From: Planctomicrobium sp. | GTDB lineage: Bacteria; Planctomycetota; Planctomycetia; Planctomycetales; Planctomycetaceae | NCBI GenBank assembly: GCA_030626405.1 | Contig: DAOUPA010000001.1 | Coordinates: 1,437-65,436, forward strand | Length of the DNA: 64,000 nt | Reading direction: 5' to 3' | Shown here: positions 53,261 to 62,130 of the stretch, one piece after another | How positions within the stretch are numbered: position 1 is the first letter of the stretch | Layout of the letters: the number at the start of each line of letters is the position of its first letter | Position numbers and translations under genes: made by a program | Notes under the pieces: model-generated | Told to the model about the DNA's origin: nothing | Database searches by the model: none | The model's input: the letters and a program-made list of their open reading frames with translations, nothing else

Positions 53261-55098
53261 CGATCAACAGTCGTTCGCCCCAGAGCAACATCAAATGCAC
53301 TGATCGCAGGGACGAGAATCGCAGTAATAGTAAAACCAAACGGAAAGAGCACGGCCATGAACACGGCAGCTGTATTTCCGAGAAGGAAACTCACGATTGC
53401 ATAAAAAGTCAGGAAAGGAAGAATCCAGGCGCTGAGGAACAATGCTCTGGATGGATTTTTATGCGTCAGAGATTGCCACAAGCCAAGGCTTCCACCACCG
53501 ATGAATGCGATGAACGGGAAAAACTGCATCGTAAACGAACTGCGAGCCTCAACGATCAGCATCATACAAACAAAAATCCCGACAAAAAGAAAGAAGATCG
53601 TTCCCAGACTGTTAAAGATCGCTGAGCGCGAATTCTCAAAGGACAGACCGGAATGCAATCCGAGTGCTGCTGCAAACAGGACCAAAGTCAGATAGCCAAG
53701 GCTAATGAAGACGAGCGACTCGAATTCAAATTCGCCTCGAATCCAGGCCATCACCGCAAACAGCAACGGTACAAAAATCAACTCCTTCATGTTGAAGAGA
53801 ACTCCTCCCAACTTTCCGAAGATGAACTCTTTGGCAGTCACTTCAGTCACGAGCAGAAGTTCCAGCGTCTGACCATCTCGCTCAGAAGTGAGTGAAGTCA
53901 CAGATTGAGCGTTAATCAGGATGAGCGAGAGAAGTGACAGCATTACAAACGCAAATCCAGATGCGGAAATGACTCCCAACATCAATGGAGCGTCGCTTGA
54001 GGCACCTCGTAACCAAAAAACACAGGCAATAACAAAAATGAAGTACGCCCCTTTGATCAACCCCACTTTTTTCCCGTACGCCTGAGTACAGATTTCACGC
54101 CAAATAATTGGAATGTCCCAGATTGGACGCGCCGATCTCGTAGAACTGGGTTCCGCCGTTGGCGTTTCTTCTCTTTTACCAACAGCAGATTGAGTTTCGC
54201 CTGTGATCTTCTCTTCAGTAGTGAGAAAAACGCTTCGCGTTGGATTCCAAAGCCTCACTCGAAAACAGGTGTAAGCGGAAAGCAAGACCGACAGCACCAG
54301 CAAACTGATTGTCGAGAACCACGCATTAACAACAGGTATTGCCACTGTTGGTTGACTCGTAAGCGGATTAAGCAGACCACTTAGAGATCGAAAAGGGTTG
54401 AGGGGACCAACCGCCATCCCGAGTGCGGAACCGTCTCCACTGATCGTCACGATGGCTTCAACAGAACCAATGAACAGACCAGCCCCCAGCAACGTGATCG
54501 CAATTGTCTGGAAAGTTTTATCACGCCAGTAAGCCACCAAAATCCCCCAGCTTGCAGCGGCCAGTGCTGAGACGAGACAAAGAATTTCAAACCAGATGAC
54601 CTGGCGAAATGTAATCCCGCCGAGAAGAGTCAGTGCTGTAAAGACTGGAACGGAAACTGCGATCATCACGAGTACTGGCAGTAAGCTGGCAATCGCTTTG
54701 CCGACTACGAGTTCCGTTGCCCGCAAATCGGTCATGAGCAGCAAAATAAGAGTTCGTTTGTCCTTCTCCTGGGCAACACTCCCTGCTGCAAACAGCAACG
54801 AAATCCCAATCACAACGGCAAGTTGTACTGAGGCCAAAAGGTTGAAGACAAACACACCAAACCGGGAGATATCGCCTAATCCTCGAGGCGGTGCGAGAGC
54901 AAACGTCGCCTGTGCCGCTGTGTACATGAGAACAGTGAGAATGGCGACGTAGCCCGCGCGCATTCCAAAATGCTTAAACTTTCGGGGATCTGTAGTCAAT
55001 TCGCGAGCGACAAGAGGACCTGCGAACAACGTTTTCTCCTGAAAAATCTTCGAAATGACGAGCCGAACTGAGGGCCGAGTATAAGGGATAACGACCAA
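53257..55098 (-). CDS. Large polytopic ABC-2-like permease (COG1277-like), duplicated six-TM module
   Basis: 613 aa with about 12 TM helices. The N-terminal pattern LVARELTTDPRKFKHF resembles ABC-2 permease N-termini. Its stop overlaps the start of the CorC gene by 4 nt. The start is TTG. Confidence 0.65.
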   Translation of the reverse strand: MVVIPYTRPSVRLVISKIFQEKTLFAGPLVARELTTDPRKFKHFGMRAGYVAILTVLMYTAAQATFALAPPRGLGDISRFGVFVFNLLASVQLAVVIGISLLFAAGSVAQEKDKRTLILLLMTDLRATELVVGKAIASLLPVLVMIAVSVPVFTALTLLGGITFRQVIWFEILCLVSALAAASWGILVAYWRDKTFQTIAITLLGAGLFIGSVEAIVTISGDGSALGMAVGPLNPFRSLSGLLNPLTSQPTVAIPVVNAWFSTISLLVLSVLLSAYTCFRVRLWNPTRSVFLTTEEKITGETQSAVGKREETPTAEPSSTRSARPIWDIPIIWREICTQAYGKKVGLIKGAYFIFVIACVFWLRGASSDAPLMLGVISASGFAFVMLSLLSLILINAQSVTSLTSERDGQTLELLLVTEVTAKEFIFGKLGGVLFNMKELIFVPLLFAVMAWIRGEFEFESLVFISLGYLTLVLFAAALGLHSGLSFENSRSAIFNSLGTIFFLFVGIFVCMMLIVEARSSFTMQFFPFIAFIGGGSLGLWQSLTHKNPSRALFLSAWILPFLTFYAIVSFLLGNTAAVFMAVLFPFGFTITAILVPAISAFDVALGRTTVDR

Positions 55099-55329
55099 AG
55101 TGGCTATGACGGCGGAAACGAAATTTACGTGAACCTGTTGATGTTACCGCCCCAAATTCGTTGAAAGTCATAGGCACGATTCATACAGTGTATGGGTACT
55201 ATTCTTATCGCATATTCATTTTTCCTGGTAAGAGAGCACCCTCCCCTGTGGGCAGGCGTTGCATTTATTGATTTTATTTCATTTTTCCCGGAGCACTTGC
55301 TTCAACCGTAAACATCATTAGGGGACCCG

Positions 55330-56232
55330 ATGTCAGAATCCGTTATTGAAATTCGCAACCTCTCGAAAGTCTATCGAGACTTCTGGGGGCGGCCAAAAGT
55401 GAAAGCGTTGAATTCTCTGAGTCTGGACGTCAAGCGTGGTGAAATTTTCGGACTCCTCGGCCCGAATGGCTCAGGAAAAACGACGACTCTGAAACTCCTC
55501 CTCGGACTTCTGTTTCCAACGGAAGGTCAAGTTCGGATCCTCGGTCAGCCAGCCCACAATGTGGAGAAAAACGAACGCATTGGTTACTTGCCAGAAGAAT
55601 CTTACCTCTATCGATTCCTGAACGCCGACGAAACACTGGACTTCTACGGTCGGCTCTTCAAGATGACGAGCAAGGAACGTCGCGAACGACGAGACGAATT
55701 GATTGAGCGAGTTGGTCTTCAGCACGCTCGAAAGCGTCAGTTGAAAGAATATTCGAAAGGGATGACTCGCAGAATCGGTCTGGCTCAAGCACTGATCAAC
55801 AATCCAGAGTTAGTTCTTCTTGATGAACCGACGAGTGGACTCGATCCCCTCGGAACGCGAGACATGAAGGACATGATTCTGAAACTGCGTGACGAAGGAA
55901 AAACCGTCGTCATGTGTAGCCACCTTCTGGCAGATGTCCAGGACGTTTGCGACCGTATTGCCATTCTGTTCCGAGGCGAACTGAAGGTGATCGGCAACGT
56001 TCAGGAACTCTTGACATCAAAAGATGAAACAGAATTACTGTCGACTTCTCTCAATGACGAAGCAATAAAAGAAGTCGAACAGGTTCTGGAAAAACATGGA
56101 GCAAAATTGAAAAAGGTCGCTCACCCGACCTCCACACTGGAAGACCTCTTCCTGCGAACTGTTGCTGAGAGTGAGGCTCGTCCTGGTCGCCGATTTGAAC
56201 CTGGCGAGCGTCCGACGAGCGAAAGTGCCTGA
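55330..56232 (+). CDS. ABC transporter ATP-binding protein
   Basis: 300 aa. Walker A is GPNGSGKTT, the signature is YSKGMTRR and Walker B is [11 protein letters not shown]. Confidence 0.92.
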   Translation: MSESVIEIRNLSKVYRDFWGRPKVKALNSLSLDVKRGEIFGLLGPNGSGKTTTLKLLLGLLFPTEGQVRILGQPAHNVEKNERIGYLPEESYLYRFLNADETLDFYGRLFKMTSKERRERRDELIERVGLQHARKRQLKEYSKGMTRRIGLAQALINNPELVLLDEPTSGLDPLGTRDMKDMILKLRDEGKTVVMCSHLLADVQDVCDRIAILFRGELKVIGNVQELLTSKDETELLSTSLNDEAIKEVEQVLEKHGAKLKKVAHPTSTLEDLFLRTVAESEARPGRRFEPGERPTSESA

Positions 56233-56289
56233 AAAAGGTGCTTTTGACCACTTCACAACTTTCGCATCCATTATAGGACTGAGGCAAAG

Positions 56290-57933
56290 ATGTCTATTGA
56301 ACCATCAACCTTTAACTTGAGTGCCGCGTTTCAGCATTGGTTGATTGCTGTACTCGCTTGCAGTGCCCTTGCGCTCGCTTTTGGTTTCGTCATTTCGCTC
56401 CTCACTAGAGGATTTTCGGGACCACGAATCTTCTGGAAGTCGATCCGAGGAGGTTTGGGCGATTTAACGCAAATCTCCCTCCAGCGGGTCGGCGCTCTGG
56501 CCTCGCTCACCATGAAAGAAGCCATCAGCCGTAAGGCACTCATGATCGGTGGGCTTTTCGTCCTGCTGTTCATGTTCGGTGGCTGGTTTCTCGGCAGTAG
56601 TGACCTTGAAAAACCAGCACTGCCATACATCACTTTCGTGATGTCAGCGATGTACTTTCTTTTGTGCCTGATGGCGCTGCTGATTTCGTGCTGGGGACTG
56701 CCTGCGGACATCAAGGCGAAATCGATGCATACGGTGGTCACCAAACCTGTCCGCCGAAGTGAAATCGTGATCGGTCGAATAGCGGGCTATTCGGCCATCG
56801 TGTTATCGATTCTCGTCGTGACAGCAATCTTCGGGTACGTTTGGATTCTGCGTCAAGTTCCCGCTCAATCAGAAGATCAAATGGTGGCGCGTGTTCCTGC
56901 CTACGGAGATTTAATTTACCTGGACCGTAGCGGAGAGATCTCTGAAACTGGAACAAACGTCGGATATGTCTGGGATTACCGAGGCTACATTGAAGGGCTG
57001 ACCAAAGCTCGTGCGATCTGGACATTCGATAATCTCGACATTGCCGAACTGACGGCAAGTGGAGAAATCCGCTTTGAGCAGTCGTTTGAAGCGTTTCGGA
57101 CACACAAAGGTGATATCGAAGAACAAATTCGATATCAGATCACGCTCATCAATCCAGAGACGGACCTTCGTATCACATTGCCGGACACTTACCCCGTGAA
57201 TGAGCACAGTGACGACCCGAAACTTTCCGTCGTCATTATCCCAGACAAGCTGGAATACATTGATAGCTATGAGCGAGACGCAAAGCCCAAAACGGCAAGC
57301 TTGTTCAATGATGTTGTCGATGGCAATTCATTGACAGTCGAAATTGCCTGCGTCGACGACCAGCAATATCTCGGTTGTGCGGCAGGCGATCTTTTCATCC
57401 GCATGAAGGACCGTCCATTCCTCACATCGTATGTCAAAGCGAATATCGGCTTAGCGCTGATGCTCGTTCTCGTGGTCGCTTTTGGGACAACCTCAAGCTG
57501 CTTCCTGAAAGGCCCGGTTTCAACATTCCTGACAGGAACAGTCATTATCCTGGGGAATTGGATCTACACTTTCATCAGCGAAACGGAAAAGCATCGCGAG
57601 GAAGATGGAGGCATTCTGGGTGGAGGAATCCTGGAGTCACTGTATCGCCTTGTCACCAAAATGAATCAAACAACTGAACTCCCAGACAACCTGGGTGTTG
57701 GAAAAGACGTTATCGAATTTCTCGATGAGAACGTCTTCAACATTCTGTTTTTCGTGAGGTCGGTCATCCCAAATTTTTCTTACTTCAACACGAGTAAATA
57801 CGCAGCAAACGGTTTCGACGTTCCCTGGGCAGGCGCACTGCTGCCAAGCATTCTCACAACCATCGGATTTATTATTCCTTTAATTATACTTGGTTATTTC
57901 AGTCTTCAATTCCGGGAGCTTGAACACAAATGA
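56290..57933 (+). CDS. ABC-2-like permease with a large extracytoplasmic insertion
   Basis: 547 aa. The N-terminal TM helices and the motif TVVTKPVRRSEIVIGR are followed by a soluble insertion of about 200 aa and then C-terminal TM helices. Confidence 0.65.
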   Translation: MSIEPSTFNLSAAFQHWLIAVLACSALALAFGFVISLLTRGFSGPRIFWKSIRGGLGDLTQISLQRVGALASLTMKEAISRKALMIGGLFVLLFMFGGWFLGSSDLEKPALPYITFVMSAMYFLLCLMALLISCWGLPADIKAKSMHTVVTKPVRRSEIVIGRIAGYSAIVLSILVVTAIFGYVWILRQVPAQSEDQMVARVPAYGDLIYLDRSGEISETGTNVGYVWDYRGYIEGLTKARAIWTFDNLDIAELTASGEIRFEQSFEAFRTHKGDIEEQIRYQITLINPETDLRITLPDTYPVNEHSDDPKLSVVIIPDKLEYIDSYERDAKPKTASLFNDVVDGNSLTVEIACVDDQQYLGCAAGDLFIRMKDRPFLTSYVKANIGLALMLVLVVAFGTTSSCFLKGPVSTFLTGTVIILGNWIYTFISETEKHREEDGGILGGGILESLYRLVTKMNQTTELPDNLGVGKDVIEFLDENVFNILFFVRSVIPNFSYFNTSKYAANGFDVPWAGALLPSILTTIGFIIPLIILGYFSLQFRELEHK

Positions 57934-59375
57934 ACAATCTCACAGTCAAACAGCGGAAGATGCTCTATGCTGCAGTCGCAGTTCTGGCATTTCTTCCCGT
58001 CATCATCTTTGGAGCACCTGGCACTAGCAAGGGGGCAGGTGGATATCTTGCTCAAAAGCGAACGACTTATGAATTGGGGGAGTCGAGCCTGGGAAATGTT
58101 GACCCCACAAGCGCGGCAATGAATCTCGCATTGCTGGGGATGCGCGGAGTCGTGGCAAGCTGGCTTTGGAGTCAGGCAATCCACGATAAAGAAACCAAAC
58201 AGTTCAACCAACTCAATGAGCGAGTTGAATCAATCATCCTGTTGCAACCACACTTCAAAGGTGTTTGGGAATTTCAGGCATGGAACCTGGCGTACAATGT
58301 TTCCGCCGAATGCGATGATGTCAAAGATCGATTCCACTGGGTGAAGCGCGGGGCAAAGTTCCTGATTCGTGGAACCGAACGAAACAAAAAAGTCCCTGAG
58401 CTTCAGTTTGGAGCGGGCCAGTTCTTCGGAACGAAAATTGGCGTTGCGGACGAAAAAGAAGTTTACAGAGCTTTCTTTAAAAGCGATCCAAACGTAAAGG
58501 TCTGGAAAGGCGGACCTGATGAAACGATCAACCCCGAAGGGAAGGACCATTACCTTGTTGCTCGCGATTGGTACTTGCTCGCCAATGAAACACTTCGGCA
58601 ACCGAACGTCGAACAGCACCGCATGGACGAGGCACTCTTTGTTGCTTATCCGTATCGCTGCTTAATCGACTACGCCACTGGATTCCAGAAAGATGGCGTG
58701 AAAGACGAGCTCAATTTAATTGATGAACTTCAAATCAGCCCGGAAGCCATGCAAGCTCGCCGAGATGGAGTCTACCGTCAGTGGGCAAGTCAAAGCCAGG
58801 AGAATTGGGCGAATGCCTACACCGATTGGACCGAAGTTTACGGCCGTATGCGGATCGATTCGAGTGGCGGTGGAACAATTATCCTTGAACACGACGATAA
58901 CGTTCTTGAACAACTTGCCGAAGAAGACAACATGACACTGGCAGACAAGAAGCAGTGGCAGGCACGCTATATCAAGAACACCGTTTACGATTACTGGAAG
59001 CGTCACTGTGAAATCGAACGCCGAGAAGAAATGACTCGCGCACGATACCACTTGATCGAAGGTCGAAGACTTTACAGAAACGTTTCAGACTTCGAGGGTG
59101 CCCGAAAATCTCTTGAAGAAGGGATGGCATTGCTCGCTTCTGTTATTGAGCAGTACGAGGCTGAAGATGGCACGAACATCATGCTTGTCGATGAAAGCGA
59201 CACCATCGAGGAAGGCATCAAAGCGATGCTGATTTGGCGTTCCGTCATGGAAATTCTGGGACAACCCATTCCGGATGAATACCCTTTGAAATCGATTTGG
59301 GACAATCCAGATCCGCAAATCATACAAATGAAAGACCTTCAAACAGAACGATTCCTGCTGTGGCAAGGAGGTTAA
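57930..59375 (+). CDS. Membrane-anchored protein of unknown function, translationally coupled to the ABC permease
   Basis: 481 aa. Its ATG overlaps the upstream stop (ATGA). It has one N-terminal TM helix and the rest looks helical. I did not recognise a family. Confidence 0.6.
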   Translation: MNNLTVKQRKMLYAAVAVLAFLPVIIFGAPGTSKGAGGYLAQKRTTYELGESSLGNVDPTSAAMNLALLGMRGVVASWLWSQAIHDKETKQFNQLNERVESIILLQPHFKGVWEFQAWNLAYNVSAECDDVKDRFHWVKRGAKFLIRGTERNKKVPELQFGAGQFFGTKIGVADEKEVYRAFFKSDPNVKVWKGGPDETINPEGKDHYLVARDWYLLANETLRQPNVEQHRMDEALFVAYPYRCLIDYATGFQKDGVKDELNLIDELQISPEAMQARRDGVYRQWASQSQENWANAYTDWTEVYGRMRIDSSGGGTIILEHDDNVLEQLAEEDNMTLADKKQWQARYIKNTVYDYWKRHCEIERREEMTRARYHLIEGRRLYRNVSDFEGARKSLEEGMALLASVIEQYEAEDGTNIMLVDESDTIEEGIKAMLIWRSVMEILGQPIPDEYPLKSIWDNPDPQIIQMKDLQTERFLLWQGG

Positions 59376-59420
59376 TCTTCCGCTTGCAGGTGCAAATCTG
59401 CGTCTTTTGAAATTGCAACA

Positions 59421-59452
59421 AGAGCAACTCCGAGGATTCTCGGGGTTGCTCT
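59421..59452 (+). terminator. Candidate terminator hairpin
   Basis: AGAGCAACTCCGAG-GATT-CTCGGGGTTGCTCT forms a stem of about 14 bp, 46 nt after the stop at 59375. The T-tract that follows is short (TTTG). Confidence 0.5.
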
Positions 59453-59709
59453 TTGACATTCACGCCAAATAAAAACGAGACGTATCCCATACCAAATCCA
59501 TCGGTCAGAGATCGAATCCAATCTGGGTCAAGTAAAAAACATGGTCTCTGTTTGAGTCTTCTCATCTTCAACGATACACTCTCCTATCAGGATTGGGCAT
59601 TGTTGAGACCGGATTGATGATGAACTGCGAATGGTCAGTTGTCACCATTTATGAATCTCAATAGGCGTTTGCCCATCATCATTCACGGCACTATTTTGCG
59701 AGATCATTT

Positions 59710-59883
59710 ATGTTCGGCGGACTTGGTACTCCGGAGCTTCTCATCCTGGCGTTTATTATTCTCCTGCTTTTCGGCAGCCGGCTTCCATCAGCAATGAAAA
59801 GTCTTGGCATGTCTGTGAATTCCTTCAAAAAAGGTATGCAGGAAGAAGAGAAGGAAGATGCGGACCGCATCGATTCAGAATGA
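59710..59883 (+). CDS. tatA: Twin-arginine translocase subunit TatA/E
   Basis: This 57-aa ORF is absent from the ORF track because it is under 60 aa. The sequence is MFGGLGTPELLILAFIILLLFGSRLPSAMKSLGMSVNSFKKGMQEEEKEDADRIDSE. It has the canonical TatA layout: TM helix, FG hinge, amphipathic helix and acidic tail. Confidence 0.85.
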   Translation: MFGGLGTPELLILAFIILLLFGSRLPSAMKSLGMSVNSFKKGMQEEEKEDADRIDSE

Positions 59884-60165
59884 CAAGGCATCTTCTAGTA
59901 CCCGCGACAAAGTATTGACACATGGTGCACAGCGTTATCCCGCGAGGCAGGTCGTGTCATTCCTCTCTACGGACTCATGATCTTCCCATTCTACATCTCG
60001 TTCTCTTGCATCTCCCACCTTTGAACTGCAAGACTCCTCGATGAATCCTTCCCGCGTCGATGGGGCACACTGGCTTGTTCCCGCGTCGCTCAACAAACTG
60101 TCTGAGCCGATTCGAATCTCCTAAGTGATCCTTCGAATTTGACTCGCCAGACCGCAGGAACGACC

Positions 60166-62103
60166 ATGCTTTTAGCTGCTGAAATTGCCGAGTCCTCTGA
60201 TCTTCTGGGGCTGCATTGGCTGGACTGGGTTGTCTTGTTTGCGTACCTGATCGGCATTACTGCGATGGGAATTTGGTCGTTCACCAAAGTCCACGATGCA
60301 GACGATTTCTTTATGGGTGGCCGCCGGTTCGGCAAGGTCTTCATGATGTTCTTCGCCTTCGGAGCAGGGACAAGTAGCGAGCATGCCATTAGCGTTGCCG
60401 CTGGTTCTTTCCGCAACGGCCTGGCCGGAATCTGGTATCAATTCCTTTGGTTATGGGCGACTCCATTCTATTGGATTATTGCTCCTGTCATGCGTCGTAT
60501 GCGTGCATTAACGACCAGTGACTTCTTTGAAGCTCGCTACGACATATCCACCTCGCTGCTCTACTCGATCCTCGGCATCTGCATGTCGATCACATTTATC
60601 TCTGCCTCGCTTTTCTTTGGTGCGAAGATGGTGACAGGACTCACCGGCGGGCAGTTTCCTGTCGTCTACGCGGTCGGTGCTATGACCGTCATGTTTGTCA
60701 TGTATGGTTTAGCTGGTGGTCTCGGAGCCGCTGTCGTGACAGACTTCGTGCAGGGAATTTTAACGATCATCTTCTCATTCCTGTTGCTGCCATTTGCGTT
60801 GTATTACGCCGCACAAGTCACCGGCGCACCTAGCGGCTTTGCTGCTCTGCATGAAGGAGTTCCAGGATTCAGCGGCAGCGACATGCTCAGCATGACGCTC
60901 ACCAATGACCTTGCCGCGAAACTTGGAAAAGAACCGATCACGATTTTCTACATCGTGATGATGTCCATTAACGCTTTGATCGGAATCGTTGTCCAGCCAC
61001 ACATTATGGGAGTTTGCGGTGCTGGCAAAACAGAATACGAAGGTCGCTTCGGCTTCACCGTCGGCAACTTCATGAAGCGTCTATGCACAATCGCCTGGAC
61101 ATTCACCGGGCTGGCCTGCGTCGTCATTTACTTGACCCCAGACAACGGATTCATTTCTGCCGAGAGGCTCGCAGAATTGAACAGCAACCCGACTGAAATG
61201 AAAAACTTTGCCGATAGCGTCTTTGGTTATGCGGCACATGACATTCTTCCTAAGATCAGCCCAGGACTCGTCGGATTGCTGTTTGCATCGCTTTTGGCAG
61301 CGATCATGAGTTCCTGCGATGCACACATGGTCATGGGGTCTGGACTCTTCGCCGAAAACATCTACAAGAAATTCCTGAATCCGAAAGCGTCCAAAATATC
61401 ACTCGTTTGGGTAGGGCGTATCTCTGGGATTGTGATTGTCGCCTTAGCACTCGTGATGATGACGCAGTTCGAAGATGCAATTCAAGTTCTCACGCGTTAC
61501 GTGAATGCGATTCCGGCCTTTATTGGCTTGGCGTTCTGGTTTGGAATTATCTGGAGAGGCTACACCCCGGCTGCGGTGTGGACTTCGACTCTCACCGCCG
61601 CTGGATTGTGGTATCTGACAACGGTTCATAATCCATCAGTGTGGATTGCAGCGCAAGGGAACTCGGCCTTCCTGCAACAAAACATCGACTACCTTCCAAA
61701 CTTGTTCCGAGGATGGCTCTGGGAAACGTTCCCCGTCACAAAATTTGAAATCATTGGGCAATCGAAAATCACGACAAGCATTCCATGGCAGTACGTGATC
61801 TATCTTGGTGGAGGAGCAGCCGCTGGCCTAGTGACAAGTTTTATTTCCAGACGCCCTGAAGAAAGCAAACTTGATCACTTCTTCACACTGTTGCGAACGC
61901 CAGTCCGACCAGGTGAAAAAGTTAATCAACCTTGTACGCTTCCTGAAAACCCGCTGCCTCCGGAAACCGGCAAGCTCCTCCCAATTAAAGATATCGAACT
62001 TCCTACGCCGACATTCGTCGGCATGGCCGGCTTCATCATTTCCTGGATCGTCGTCGGGGCGTTAGTCGCCCTCACCTGGTGGCTCGCACAATTGGGTGGT
62101 TAA
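60166..62103 (+). CDS. Sodium:solute symporter (SSS) family transporter
   Basis: 645 aa from ATG 60166, with AGGA 5 nt upstream. It has about 14 TM helices and the SSS N-terminal pattern (DFFMGGRRFG, GAGTSSEH). Confidence 0.88.
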   Translation: MLLAAEIAESSDLLGLHWLDWVVLFAYLIGITAMGIWSFTKVHDADDFFMGGRRFGKVFMMFFAFGAGTSSEHAISVAAGSFRNGLAGIWYQFLWLWATPFYWIIAPVMRRMRALTTSDFFEARYDISTSLLYSILGICMSITFISASLFFGAKMVTGLTGGQFPVVYAVGAMTVMFVMYGLAGGLGAAVVTDFVQGILTIIFSFLLLPFALYYAAQVTGAPSGFAALHEGVPGFSGSDMLSMTLTNDLAAKLGKEPITIFYIVMMSINALIGIVVQPHIMGVCGAGKTEYEGRFGFTVGNFMKRLCTIAWTFTGLACVVIYLTPDNGFISAERLAELNSNPTEMKNFADSVFGYAAHDILPKISPGLVGLLFASLLAAIMSSCDAHMVMGSGLFAENIYKKFLNPKASKISLVWVGRISGIVIVALALVMMTQFEDAIQVLTRYVNAIPAFIGLAFWFGIIWRGYTPAAVWTSTLTAAGLWYLTTVHNPSVWIAAQGNSAFLQQNIDYLPNLFRGWLWETFPVTKFEIIGQSKITTSIPWQYVIYLGGGAAAGLVTSFISRRPEESKLDHFFTLLRTPVRPGEKVNQPCTLPENPLPPETGKLLPIKDIELPTPTFVGMAGFIISWIVVGALVALTWWLAQLGG

Positions 62104-62130
62104 GATCGGCTCATTGATCGTTCGTCTTTT

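Noticed and set aside
59500-59530. tRNA-like T-loop strings (CGAATCC / TTCGAATC) occur near 59511 and 60104.
   Set aside because: The flanking bases do not form a 5-bp T-stem, and no acceptor or anticodon arms can be drawn. These are not tRNA genes.
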